Of a DNA stretch of 64,000 nt, positions 44,416 to 53,155 are shown piece after piece. This DNA is from Thermoplasmata archaeon. GTDB lineage: Archaea; Thermoplasmatota; Thermoplasmata; Lutacidiplasmatales; UBA184. The notes under the pieces are model-generated. The model was not told the DNA's origin, did not search any database, and saw only the letters and a program-made list of their open reading frames with translations. The DNA lies in assembly GCA_050013595.1 (NCBI GenBank), contig JBEKEY010000002.1, forward strand, positions 1,522-65,521, written 5' to 3'. The position numbers and the translations under genes are program-made. Within the stretch, counting starts at the first letter, position 1, and every line of letters begins with the position of its first letter.

Positions 44416-45804
44416 ATGACGCGGGGACTCAGACCTCGGGAAAGGCGCCTTCTGCTCGAATTTGGAGTGGCCGCGTTGGGAATTGCCCTGCTCGTGGGAT
44501 TCTCGCCGGCCCCGACCCCCGTCTCGGCCGGCGCCGCGACGACCTCGCTCTCCCCCACGACCGCGGGTCTCACGTCGGGGACGGCCGACTTCCCCGTCGT
44601 GTTCAACGAGACCGGATTGCCGACGGGCACGAGTTGGACGGTCACGCTCAACGGGACACTCGAGAGCTCCACGACGGCTACGATTACGTTCGAGGAGCCG
44701 AACGGGTCGTACTTGTTCACAGTACAGCCCGTCTCCGGGTACTCCACCATACTCGAGGGCAACATCACCGTCAACGGGGCGCCGTTCTACTTCACCGTTG
44801 AGTTCACCTCGAACGCGCCTCCACCGCCCCAGAGCTGTCCCGGCTTCCTCTGGGCCGGTGCTAACAACACGCTCTACGGGGATTGCACCGGGGGGTTCAA
44901 TGCCGAATATCGCTCCTACAACGCATCGACGGGATGGACGTTCGACAACGACTCGTTCCGGATCGGTCCCGTCGCCGAAGTGACTCCGTCGGGGACAATC
45001 GATGCACTGGCGGTTCCGGGCTGGTCCGGACACGGGTCGGTCGCCGTTGCCTATTCTCCGCACGAGGTCAACTTGACGGACACGATCGTCGGGTTCGCCA
45101 CAAACGCGGTCGGCGTCAATAGCACGGATGGACAACCGGACGGCGTGACGCCCCAGTGGATCCCGGAGCAGCTCCCCGGCGCGGGTGGATCCACCATCTG
45201 GAGTCTCGGCGGCGTGACGTTCGGGAACGTTACGCTCGTCATCGTCTTCCATTTCGCGAACGGCACCGGGACGAGTCGGGTCAAGTTCGACGTGAAGGTC
45301 CTCGACTGGCCGTGGGTCAGCTCGGGCGATTCTCTCGGGCTCGCGGTGGAGCAGGAGGCGTACGCGCTCCCGGGAGGCTCGCATTTTGTCTACACGGTAG
45401 CCACCGACACGATCTCCCAGCTCTGGAACTCCAACGACACCCCCATCGCGAGCCTGGCCTTCGGGCCGACCGCGAACACGACCGGAGCATCTCCGACGGA
45501 ACTCCGCGTCTCCGATCAGGTGGAGCTCTTCGCGAACGCCTCCGTTCCGACCGTGGCCGTCGCGCTGCTGAGTTTCTCGGGGCCGGGAGGGTACCGGAAC
45601 ATGACGTACGATCCGTGGGTCGAGTTCGGAACGACCGGCGCGGTGCCGGTCTCCCTCACCCCGGGAGGGGCTTCGGGAGCATTTCCCCCGCTGGCACTCG
45701 TTGTCGGCGTCTTTGGCGCGTTGGTCGCGGGACTCCTCCTGGCCGTCTACGCTCAGCGGGCACGACGCCGCCCGATCGAGGACGGCCTGAGGTCCGCAAG
45801 CTGA
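44416..45804 (+). CDS. secreted, C-terminally membrane-anchored surface glycoprotein candidate
   Basis: An N-terminal signal/TM (RRLLLEFGVAALGIALLVGF) and 15 or more N-x-S/T sequons are present. It also has an FNETGLPTGTSWTVTLNG beta-sandwich-type motif and a C-terminal TM followed by RRRP. Confidence 0.6.
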   Translation: MTRGLRPRERRLLLEFGVAALGIALLVGFSPAPTPVSAGAATTSLSPTTAGLTSGTADFPVVFNETGLPTGTSWTVTLNGTLESSTTATITFEEPNGSYLFTVQPVSGYSTILEGNITVNGAPFYFTVEFTSNAPPPPQSCPGFLWAGANNTLYGDCTGGFNAEYRSYNASTGWTFDNDSFRIGPVAEVTPSGTIDALAVPGWSGHGSVAVAYSPHEVNLTDTIVGFATNAVGVNSTDGQPDGVTPQWIPEQLPGAGGSTIWSLGGVTFGNVTLVIVFHFANGTGTSRVKFDVKVLDWPWVSSGDSLGLAVEQEAYALPGGSHFVYTVATDTISQLWNSNDTPIASLAFGPTANTTGASPTELRVSDQVELFANASVPTVAVALLSFSGPGGYRNMTYDPWVEFGTTGAVPVSLTPGGASGAFPPLALVVGVFGALVAGLLLAVYAQRARRRPIEDGLRSAS

Positions 45805-45843
45805 GGCTACGGCCGCGCCCCGCCGAGAGGGCGATCGAGGAGC

Positions 45844-46359
45844 TCACTCTCGGGTGAGCCCACCCCACGTCGAGGAGAACCGGTCGATCCACCGGTCCTC
45901 GAACGAATCGCGGAAGGAACGGTAGAGCCGAAGCACGAGGTCGGGCCGACGTGCCCGGTACTGACGCGTGACATTAGTTGCGTCGACCTCGACGATCCCC
46001 AGAGCGACCAGAAACTTGAGATGGAATGCCAGCGTCGATTTTCCGACGCCGAGGCGTTCCATTAAGTCGCCGAAGCTCAGCCCCGGGAAGCGGGCCAGCT
46101 CGACGAGGAGCGCTCGCTCGACGGCGCTTTGCATCGAGAGCAGTAGCTGTCGGTCGATCGGAAGCATGTCGGCTGGAAAGTAGAAGTCCCGACGCCCGCC
46201 CCGCTCCCGGTACAAGAGCCCGGCCCGCAGCATCTGGTCGAGGTGGTAGGCGGTCTCGCCCCATCCCATGCCGAGCCCTCGTTGAATGGTTCGGGCGCTC
46301 GCGCCCGGATGCTCGCGGACGAATTCGAAAATGCTCCGGCGGGTCGGCAGTTCGAGCAC
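45844..46359 (-). CDS. double winged-helix (ArsR-like) transcriptional regulator
   Basis: Two HTH-like segments are present (RRSIFEFVREHPGASARTIQRGLGMGWGETAYHLDQM and VERALLVELARFPGLSFGDLMERLGVGKSTLAFHLKFL). GTG 46359 lies 1 nt after the stop of the upstream membrane gene. Confidence 0.65.
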   Translation of the reverse strand: MLELPTRRSIFEFVREHPGASARTIQRGLGMGWGETAYHLDQMLRAGLLYRERGGRRDFYFPADMLPIDRQLLLSMQSAVERALLVELARFPGLSFGDLMERLGVGKSTLAFHLKFLVALGIVEVDATNVTRQYRARRPDLVLRLYRSFRDSFEDRWIDRFSSTWGGLTRE

Positions 46360-46360
46360 A

Positions 46361-46660
46361 CTACGGGTTTGGAGGAGGGGGGATCTTCCCCCGAGGGGCG
46401 ACGAACGATAGATACAACAGCACCTCGGACGCGATGAGGAGCAGAACCGGAGCGATCCCCAGCTGCCCGTCCGGGATGGCATCCGACCAGAGCGCATCTA
46501 CAGCCCCGACCCCGCCGACCACACCGACCACGGCGAGGGCGGTCCCGACGAACGCAAAACGTCGATCCCGGTACCGACGGGCGGCGGCGAAACCAATCCC
46601 AGCGAGGAGCGCGGCGAGCACGATCGCGAGAACGTCGAGCAGCAGAAGTGTCTCGTTCAC
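46361..46660 (-). CDS. small three-TM membrane protein co-transcribed with the wHTH regulator
   Basis: 99 aa from GTG 46660 (VNETLLLLDVLAIVLAALLAGIGF...). The upstream part of track ORF 46361..46777 does not look like coding sequence. Confidence 0.5.
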   Translation of the reverse strand: MNETLLLLDVLAIVLAALLAGIGFAAARRYRDRRFAFVGTALAVVGVVGGVGAVDALWSDAIPDGQLGIAPVLLLIASEVLLYLSFVAPRGKIPPPPNP

Positions 46661-47000
46661 GGGGATCGATTCCTCTCCCGAGCTACGCGGACACAGCGTA
46701 CCGACCCGTAGCCGGCACGATTTCCGCACTGCTCCCGTTACGCAGCGCTCGGGGGTTAGAAGAATCGATTGGTGCAAGCCCTGCTTACCGAACCTACGAG
46801 CCCACGCCGTTGCCCTCGTCGCCGACGTTTCAAAGGGACACGGCCAGGCAGCGTGGGTTCAGGGGGAATGTACGAAGGTCGGGGGGGACTGAGAGGACAC
46901 TCAATGCCCGGAAGGTCCCGCTCCGGATTATTCGAACTGCCGGGCAATGAGAGCGTGGCCGCGCCCACGTTCCCCCGAGGGGGGCTCCGGCCCCTTCCGG

Positions 47001-47651
47001 TCAGAATCCGAGGACTTCCTCGACGAAGACCACGGTCGCTCGGCCCGGATTGAACTCTCGGGAGATGACGAGGATCTTGTTGAGCCCGCTGTTCATGCCG
47101 TAGGCCTTCAACGATCGGGCATCCTCCATCGGGTAGGAGTATTCGCGCAGGCGTTTCAGACCGTCCTGGAGCGTCGGCACTACCTTTTGTGCGCCCACGA
47201 CCCAGATCACCTTGTCCGCACCGTAGGCGTACGGACCGAGCTGGCTTCCGGTCGCCGAAGCGATCAGGAGGTCGCCCTCCTCGGTGACGGCGTGGACACT
47301 TCCGACACTGTACTGGGGGGCCCCGCCGATCTGCCGCATCTCCCGTTCCTGGGTCTTCCGGTCCAGGGCCATGAGGCGTTTACGTACCGACTCGTACCGA
47401 CCGGAGTCTTCCAATTCCTTCACGAGGCCGACCTCGGCGAGCGTTTCGGAGGTCGAGGTGAGCACCTCAGAGTGCTCCGGGATGAGGGATAGGACCGTTC
47501 GCAGCGCCTCGGCCCGGGTAGGGACGACGAGCGCGTGGATCCCGTGCTCCTTCAAGTGAGCGGCGGCGCGCTCGAGCTGCTGGTGCGTGGCGGACTTCGC
47601 GTAGCTCGGATTCGGAACGAGGTTCGACTTCTTGGCGGGTCGGACCGACAT
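47001..47651 (-). CDS. LUD-domain (lactate-utilisation LutC-like / DUF162) protein
   Basis: 216 aa with the pattern ...GADKVIWVVGAQKVVPTLQDGLKRLREYSYP... Confidence 0.7.
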   Translation of the reverse strand: MSVRPAKKSNLVPNPSYAKSATHQQLERAAAHLKEHGIHALVVPTRAEALRTVLSLIPEHSEVLTSTSETLAEVGLVKELEDSGRYESVRKRLMALDRKTQEREMRQIGGAPQYSVGSVHAVTEEGDLLIASATGSQLGPYAYGADKVIWVVGAQKVVPTLQDGLKRLREYSYPMEDARSLKAYGMNSGLNKILVISREFNPGRATVVFVEEVLGF

Positions 47652-47830
47652 AGAAAACCGCAGCGTCCTAAAGGTCCAACCGCTACAAAGCGGAGCGCTG
47701 GGGGACGCGTAACCAACTGCTTGCGCCGGTATCCGGCCGCTCGAGGTCGCGGGGCGCGGGGACCCACGTTCTACGCGGCTCGGACGATCGTCCCTTCCCG
47801 GAAAGGTCTTCTCCGACTATTTTGTCAATA

Positions 47831-47843
47831 CCTAATAATTAGG
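47831..47843. promoter_or_regulatory. perfect palindrome CCTAAT-A-ATTAGG, candidate DtxR/MntR-family operator overlapping the promoter
   Basis: It sits in the only AT-rich patch of this region, 37 nt upstream of the GTG start (47880) of the DtxR-like repressor that heads a metal ABC transporter operon. The half-sites resemble the TTAGG/CCTAA arms of DtxR boxes. Confidence 0.55.
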
Positions 47844-47879
47844 GATGCCGATAAGTATGGTCGGTGACTCCGTTCGGAC

Positions 47880-48317
47880 GTGGAGACCCTCCAGCGCCTG
47901 ACGCATCGCCAAGTCGAGGCCCTTCGGACGATCGGGGCGCGTCAAGGAGAACTTCGCGGCGCGAGCCTCAACGAGATCGCCGCGGGTTTGGGCGTGCGGC
48001 CCCCGTCGGCCCTGGCCCATCTCGGACCGCTCGAAGAGCTGGGACTGATCTCGCGATTCCGGGGGAAGAGCCGGCTCACCGCCCGAGGATTCACCTGCCT
48101 CGAGGAGTACCGTCGTCATCACCGGGTGGCTGAGAGCCTCTTCTCGCGGGTCGGACTTTCCCCCGAGGCCACCTGCCGGGCTGCTCGGGAAGTGGACCTC
48201 TCGCTGAGTCACCTCACGGTCGAGAAGATCTGCGCCGCGGAGGGTCACCCGTCGGTCTGCCCTCATGGTGCGCCGATCTCCCCCTGCGCTTCCGAGAAGG
48301 GGGGGACCGATCGTTGA
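47880..48317 (+). CDS. DtxR/MntR-family metal-dependent transcriptional repressor
   Basis: 145 aa. An N-terminal wHTH (LTHRQVEALRTI...SLNEIAAGLGVRPPSALAHLGPLEELGLI) is followed by a metal-binding/dimerisation helix region (RHHRVAESLF). Confidence 0.8.
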   Translation: METLQRLTHRQVEALRTIGARQGELRGASLNEIAAGLGVRPPSALAHLGPLEELGLISRFRGKSRLTARGFTCLEEYRRHHRVAESLFSRVGLSPEATCRAAREVDLSLSHLTVEKICAAEGHPSVCPHGAPISPCASEKGGTDR

Positions 48318-49435
48318 ACCGGAAGCTCAGGATCGCGATTGCCGTCGTCGTGGTCGCGGCACTCGCCGGCGCCGGGCTCTACGAGGCCTACGTTCTGAGC
48401 GTGCCACCGGCGCCCTGCGCCGGCGTGACGACCCCGACCGGCCCGAGCGGAGTGGCTGCGGCCGAGCGCGGGGCCGCGAGCGCGGGCTCGCCGGATTTCG
48501 CCCGGGCCAAGTTCGCCTTGGCGAGCACCCTCTCCCTCACCACGGCTTGGGACACGAAGGCGAGTGCCGCTTCCACCGGCGCGGCCGCCGGAACCGGCGG
48601 CATCGTCATCCCGGTCGTGGCTGCCGAGAACTTCTGGGGGAGCCTCGTCAGCCAGATCGGTGGGACCCACGTCAGTGTCACGAGCATCATCACCGACCCG
48701 AATACCGACCCGCACGAGTATCAGTCCAACGATTCGACCGCCATCGCGATCAAAGATGCCCAGTACGTGATCCTCAACAACGTCGGCTACGACGATTGGG
48801 CCTCGGCTCTCGTCGCCGCGGACGGTACGCCCAACCAAACGGTCCTGAACATCGGCGACGATCTCGGAATCCATGTGGACGGGGGCATCGTTACCGGCAA
48901 CCCCCACATGTGGTACAATCCGACCTACGTCAACCAGACCGTTGCCTGGATGTACCACAACCTCACGACGATCGCTCCGTCGCTCACAGGGTACTTCACG
49001 GACCAGTACGACAACCTGACCACCTCGCTGACCGCGCTCTATTCCGAGGTCGGGGCCATCCGAGCCCAATTCGTCGGCACGGTCGTGGCATCGACCGAGA
49101 GCATCTTCGTCTACCTCGCGAACGCGACCGGCCTTGACTTGGTCTCTCCGCCGACGTTCATGGAAGCGATTGCCGAAGGGAACGACCCCCCCGACGCGAG
49201 CGTCGTGACCTTCCAGTGCCAGCTCGAGAGTGGCCACGTGCGGGTCCTCGTGTTCAACGCGCAGACCGTGACGCCGATCACCACGAACATGAAGGTGATC
49301 GCCCAGGAAAACAACGTCAGCGTCATGAGCGTCACCGAGACGATCGTGCCGCCGACCGCGACGTTCCAGGAGTGGATGGGCGGGGAGCTCAATGCATTGT
49401 ATGTCGCGCTCGATGCCAAGGTGCTGGGCCAATGA
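48314..49435 (+). CDS. metal ABC transporter substrate-binding protein (ZnuA/TroA-like)
   Basis: 373 aa with an N-terminal signal/TM and DPHEY and NPHMWYNP motifs typical of cluster A-I binding proteins. It overlaps the repressor stop. Confidence 0.8.
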   Translation: MNRKLRIAIAVVVVAALAGAGLYEAYVLSVPPAPCAGVTTPTGPSGVAAAERGAASAGSPDFARAKFALASTLSLTTAWDTKASAASTGAAAGTGGIVIPVVAAENFWGSLVSQIGGTHVSVTSIITDPNTDPHEYQSNDSTAIAIKDAQYVILNNVGYDDWASALVAADGTPNQTVLNIGDDLGIHVDGGIVTGNPHMWYNPTYVNQTVAWMYHNLTTIAPSLTGYFTDQYDNLTTSLTALYSEVGAIRAQFVGTVVASTESIFVYLANATGLDLVSPPTFMEAIAEGNDPPDASVVTFQCQLESGHVRVLVFNAQTVTPITTNMKVIAQENNVSVMSVTETIVPPTATFQEWMGGELNALYVALDAKVLGQ

Positions 49436-50274
49436 GCCGATCCGACACGATCTCCCTTCCAGGGCATCCTTCAGTCCCCACCGAGATCGCCCGCGCGGAC
49501 CACCTGGAGGTGAGATACGGTGGCCGGACGATCTGGAGCGATGCCAACTTCCGTATCAATCGCGGCGAGTTCGTCGCGGTCATCGGGCCGAACGGGGCCG
49601 GCAAGACCACCCTGTTCCGGCTTCTCCTCGGTCTGATTCGACCCGCAGGCGGAGACCTCCACGTCTTCGGAGACACCCCGCGACGCGGCAATCCGAAGAT
49701 CGGCTACGTTCCGCAGAGCCACCTGGTCGATCGCGATACGAACGTCGAGGCGGTTCAGCTCGTCCGCCTCGGGTATTCGGGCAACCGGTGGGTACCGAAC
49801 CTCACGCCCCGAGGAATCCGCCGCGAACGGCAAGCGACGGACGAAGCCCTTCGGTCGGTGGGCGCCACCGAGCTCGGCAAGAAGTCGCTCGGCGCGATGT
49901 CGGGCGGAGAGTTGCAGCGGATCTTCCTTGCCGAGGCTCTGGTCGGACGCCCGGAGATTTTGCTCCTCGACGAGCCGCTCGCAAGTCTCGATATCCGTCG
50001 AGCGAAGGAGCTTGTCGAGGTCGTTCATGAACTCGTCCGGATGCGCAACGTCGCGACCTTGCTCGTGGCGCACGACATCAATCCGCTCATTCACTGCCTC
50101 GACAAGGTCATCTACATCGCGAACGGCCGAGTCGCGACCGGCCTACCGAGCGAGGTCCTGACCACCGAGAGCCTCACTGCCCTCTACGGGGTCCGTGTCG
50201 AAGTGCTCCGGGATTCGCGCAACAACATGGTGATCGTCGGCGGGGAAGATTCCCACAAGGACCCGGACGCATGA
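49432..50274 (+). CDS. metal ABC transporter ATP-binding protein
   Basis: GPNGAGKTT, LSGGELQR and LLLDEP are present. The start is ATG 49432, with an ATGA overlap on the binding-protein stop. Confidence 0.9.
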   Translation: MSRSDTISLPGHPSVPTEIARADHLEVRYGGRTIWSDANFRINRGEFVAVIGPNGAGKTTLFRLLLGLIRPAGGDLHVFGDTPRRGNPKIGYVPQSHLVDRDTNVEAVQLVRLGYSGNRWVPNLTPRGIRRERQATDEALRSVGATELGKKSLGAMSGGELQRIFLAEALVGRPEILLLDEPLASLDIRRAKELVEVVHELVRMRNVATLLVAHDINPLIHCLDKVIYIANGRVATGLPSEVLTTESLTALYGVRVEVLRDSRNNMVIVGGEDSHKDPDA

Positions 50275-51275
50275 CGAACATCTCCTGGAACTGGTGGGGA
50301 TGGAACATTATCCTGGACCTCCGGGAGATGCTTCAGTATGAGTTCGTTCGCAACGCGTTCGAGGCCGGCACGATCATCGCCATCCTGGCCGGCATCGTGA
50401 GCTACCTCGTCGTGCTTCGGCGCTCCTCGTTCGCGGCCCACGCACTCGGTCACGTGGGTTTCTCCGGAGCCGCCGGGGCCGTGCTCTTCGGGGTGGCCCC
50501 GATCTATGGGCTCTTACTGTTCACCACGGTCTCCGGTAGCGGGATCGCGCTCCTGGGCCAGAAGGCCTCCCACCGGGACGTCGAAATCGGGACCGTTCTC
50601 GCCTTCATGCTGGGCCTCGGATTGCTCTTCCTCGCCTTCTACAATGGGTTCGCAACCGAGGCGTATTCCATCCTGTTCGGGGAGATCGTCGGCATCAGCA
50701 ACGCCCAGGTGCTGTTCACCTTCGAAGCGAGTCTGCCGGTGCTCGTCGTTCTGGCGCTTGTCTACCGCCAGCTCCTCTTCGCATCGCTCGACGAAGAGGT
50801 CGCCGAAGCGAAGGGAATGCACACCTTGCTGCTGGGCGTCATTTTCATGCTCGCCCTAGCGGTCGCGATCTCGATCGCGGTCACGATCATCGGTGTCCTG
50901 CTGATCTTCGCCCTCACCGTCACCCCGGCGGCCATCGCGATCCGCCTCGCCAAGCGGCCGCTCTACGCCGTGATGATCGCGGTCCTCGTCGCGCTCTTCG
51001 CTACCTGGGCGGGCATCTTCATCGCGTTCTACGAGATCGAACCGACCAGTTTCTTCATCGTAACCATCGTGTTCATCATCTACGTCGTCGTGCGAAGCCT
51101 CCCGCTCCTCGCGCGGGTCCGGGCCTGGTTCGCACGGATCCTCCGCCTGCCACCGGCAAGGCCTGCCCCGCCTGTCGCTCCTTCCCTTCCCCCGGCTCGG
51201 TCGGTGCCCGAGCACCTCGACCTCGGCCCCCTGGAGCCTGCGACGGCTCCCTCGGCCGATCCAGAGGCGACCTAG
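50271..51275 (+). CDS. metal ABC transporter permease (ZnuB/TroC-like) with a Pro-rich C-terminal tail
   Basis: 334-aa polytopic protein with the family pattern EVAEAKGM...L. It overlaps the ATPase stop. Confidence 0.85.
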   Translation: MTNISWNWWGWNIILDLREMLQYEFVRNAFEAGTIIAILAGIVSYLVVLRRSSFAAHALGHVGFSGAAGAVLFGVAPIYGLLLFTTVSGSGIALLGQKASHRDVEIGTVLAFMLGLGLLFLAFYNGFATEAYSILFGEIVGISNAQVLFTFEASLPVLVVLALVYRQLLFASLDEEVAEAKGMHTLLLGVIFMLALAVAISIAVTIIGVLLIFALTVTPAAIAIRLAKRPLYAVMIAVLVALFATWAGIFIAFYEIEPTSFFIVTIVFIIYVVVRSLPLLARVRAWFARILRLPPARPAPPVAPSLPPARSVPEHLDLGPLEPATAPSADPEAT

Positions 51276-51282
51276 CCGCGGG

Positions 51283-52173
51283 CTAAGGACCTCTCGGGTC
51301 TGAGCCCGGATCGGAAACGGAAGGGTCGAGCGACCCTCTGGACCGCCGCATCTTTGGCGAGAGCTGCAGGAATTCCTCGAGACGGCCCTGAGCGGCCTGA
51401 ATGGCGGGCAGGTCCCCGCCGGGACCCCGGAGCGCGTACGCCGCGCCGACCGCCAGCAACGCTCCGAGAATCGGACCCAGGACGTAGACCCCGAAGTGGG
51501 CGAAGTTCCCAAGGAAGAGGTCGGGCCCGAACGACCGAGCCGGGTTCATCGATGCGCCGCTGATCGGGCTTGCCCAAAGGCCCGCGAGCGCGATGTACCC
51601 CCCTACCGCCAGCGCGGCGATAGGGCCCACGTTCTGCGCCTTCGATGCCGTTCCAAGGATGACGCTGACGAGCCCGAGCGTCAACACGAGTTCCATCACC
51701 ATCGCCTGAAGGTCCGAGATTCCTGGTCCGGGCTCGGTCGCTCCCATCATGCCGACCCGCCCGAACATCAGCCATAGGAACAGGCAAGCGACGGTCGCGC
51801 CGAGCAGTTGCGCAAGGATGTACCCCGGAACCCGTTTCCATGGAAAATCTCCCCGCGCTGCGAAGCCGATGCTCACTGCCGGGTTGAGGTGGGCTCCTGA
51901 GACCGCGCCCATGAATAGGATGATGGCCATCACCATGAGGCCGGGCGCGATGACGGCCGCGTCACGGCCGACCGCTCCGGGGCTCACGGCGGAGACCACC
52001 CCCGCCCCGGCCGCGACGACGACGAGGAAGAATGTCCCGAAGAACTCCCCGAACAGCCTTCGCCCTTCGAGCCTGGGGTCGTCGAAGTCTCGCCGGTTGA
52101 AAGGGAACCTCCACTGTAGGCTAGTCACCGTACCCCGCTCGGCTACCGTCCCCGGGGGGGTTAGGCCAGTCAC
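51283..52173 (-). CDS. MIP-family channel (aquaporin/aquaglyceroporin)
   Basis: Both NPA boxes are present (HLNPAVSIGF and SMNPARSFGP), with a six-TM pattern. Confidence 0.9.
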   Translation of the reverse strand: MTGLTPPGTVAERGTVTSLQWRFPFNRRDFDDPRLEGRRLFGEFFGTFFLVVVAAGAGVVSAVSPGAVGRDAAVIAPGLMVMAIILFMGAVSGAHLNPAVSIGFAARGDFPWKRVPGYILAQLLGATVACLFLWLMFGRVGMMGATEPGPGISDLQAMVMELVLTLGLVSVILGTASKAQNVGPIAALAVGGYIALAGLWASPISGASMNPARSFGPDLFLGNFAHFGVYVLGPILGALLAVGAAYALRGPGGDLPAIQAAQGRLEEFLQLSPKMRRSRGSLDPSVSDPGSDPRGP

Positions 52174-52491
52174 GGCGGGTTCCTAGCGCGGATGCGACCC
52201 CCGGCCCGTGTTTGGGGCCGTGGTGGGGACTTCCGCATATCGCGGGGAGAATACGGGCGATGATATTCGCCTTTCGAACCCGAACCCCGAAAGGGAGTTG
52301 CGACAGCTGCGATAGGTCCGAGTCACGCCGCCGGATTGTTCCGGCACGACGCATCTCGGAATCGTGGGTGGCGCCCCCCGCTCCAACGTGCGCGTCGGCC
52401 GGCGGCTCCTCCTTCGACCCTTCCATGAGGGTCGACCCGATGGAACGGAGCCGAAGTCCGCCACGGAGCGTGCTCGGCCCCTCCCGGATAC

Positions 52492-52499
52492 GTATTAAT
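52492..52499 (+). promoter_or_regulatory. TATA-like box GTATTAAT about 27 nt upstream of GTG 52523
   Basis: An AT-rich octamer within a palindromic ATACGTAT context. The same CGTATTAAT string occurs at 2892..2900 upstream of moaD. Confidence 0.4.
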
Positions 52500-52522
52500 C
52501 CCGGAAGAGGGTCGGAGGTCCC

Positions 52523-52963
52523 GTGTCGCGGTCCGTGGACTATCCTGTGGGCCAGATCGCCGAACGACTCGAAAGGGTCTCCATTCTGCGCAGCCTTAGC
52601 GGCCGGCAGCTCCACAAGCTCGCGAAATGGGTGAAGGTCCGGGAATTCTCCGAAGGCGAGACGATCGTCAAGCGCGGCGAGGGAGGACTCGGCCTTTTCC
52701 TAATTCTCGAGGGAGCGGCGGAGGTTCGTCGCGGTACTCGCAAACTCGCGCGCCTCGGGGTCGGCCAGTTCTTTGGTGAGATGACACTGTTCGATGACCA
52801 ACCTCGTTCGGCCGATGTCATGGCCATCCAGACCTCGAAATGCGCTGTCCTCTCGAAGTGGGAGTTCTGGGGTTTCGCCACCGCGGAGCCGGTCGTGCTT
52901 CGCGGCATCCTTGAGGAAATGTCCCGCCGGCTTCGAGAAACGAACCAAGCCCTCTCCGAGTGA
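52523..52963 (+). CDS. stand-alone cyclic-nucleotide-binding domain protein
   Basis: 146 aa with GEGGLGLFLILEG...FFGEMTLFDDQPRSADV, the canonical cNMP-binding cassette. No DNA-binding or effector domain is attached. Confidence 0.85.
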   Translation: MSRSVDYPVGQIAERLERVSILRSLSGRQLHKLAKWVKVREFSEGETIVKRGEGGLGLFLILEGAAEVRRGTRKLARLGVGQFFGEMTLFDDQPRSADVMAIQTSKCAVLSKWEFWGFATAEPVVLRGILEEMSRRLRETNQALSE

Positions 52964-53155
52964 TCACTCCTCGGCCGAGTTCCCGCCGTTCCCGCGGGCC
53001 GGTGCGCGGCGGTACGTGATTCCCGGTTTCCACCAGGGTTGGGGGGATTCGAGAAGTTAGCAGCCGTTCGGGCCGCATTTCGGCGCCTCTCACTCGGTCG
53101 GGTTTTACTCCCGTCGCGGCGTAGTCCTCTTCGGAGACGAACGGAGGTGGCTCGG

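Noticed and set aside
46361-46777. The full-length 138-aa version of the membrane ORF, starting at TTG 46777.
   Set aside because: The first 39 codons (MHQSILLTPERCVTGAVRKSCRLRVGTLCPRSSGEESIP) lack hydrophobic or coding character. GTG 46660 begins right at the first TM helix.
46900-46960. GCCCGGAAGG, which recalls the SRP RNA helix 8 GGAA tetraloop region, and GTTCGAAT, which recalls a tRNA T-loop, both in the non-coding gap.
   Set aside because: The flanking sequence does not provide the conserved AGCA/GNAR partners of SRP RNA. There is also no 5-bp T-stem, acceptor arm or anticodon arm for a tRNA. I could not fold either into the canonical structure.
52121-52615. A 164-aa minus-strand ORF covering the aquaporin/cNMP intergenic region.
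   Set aside because: It shows no codon bias and overlaps both the aquaporin 5' end and the cNMP gene start. The region is better explained as a 350-nt divergent promoter region.
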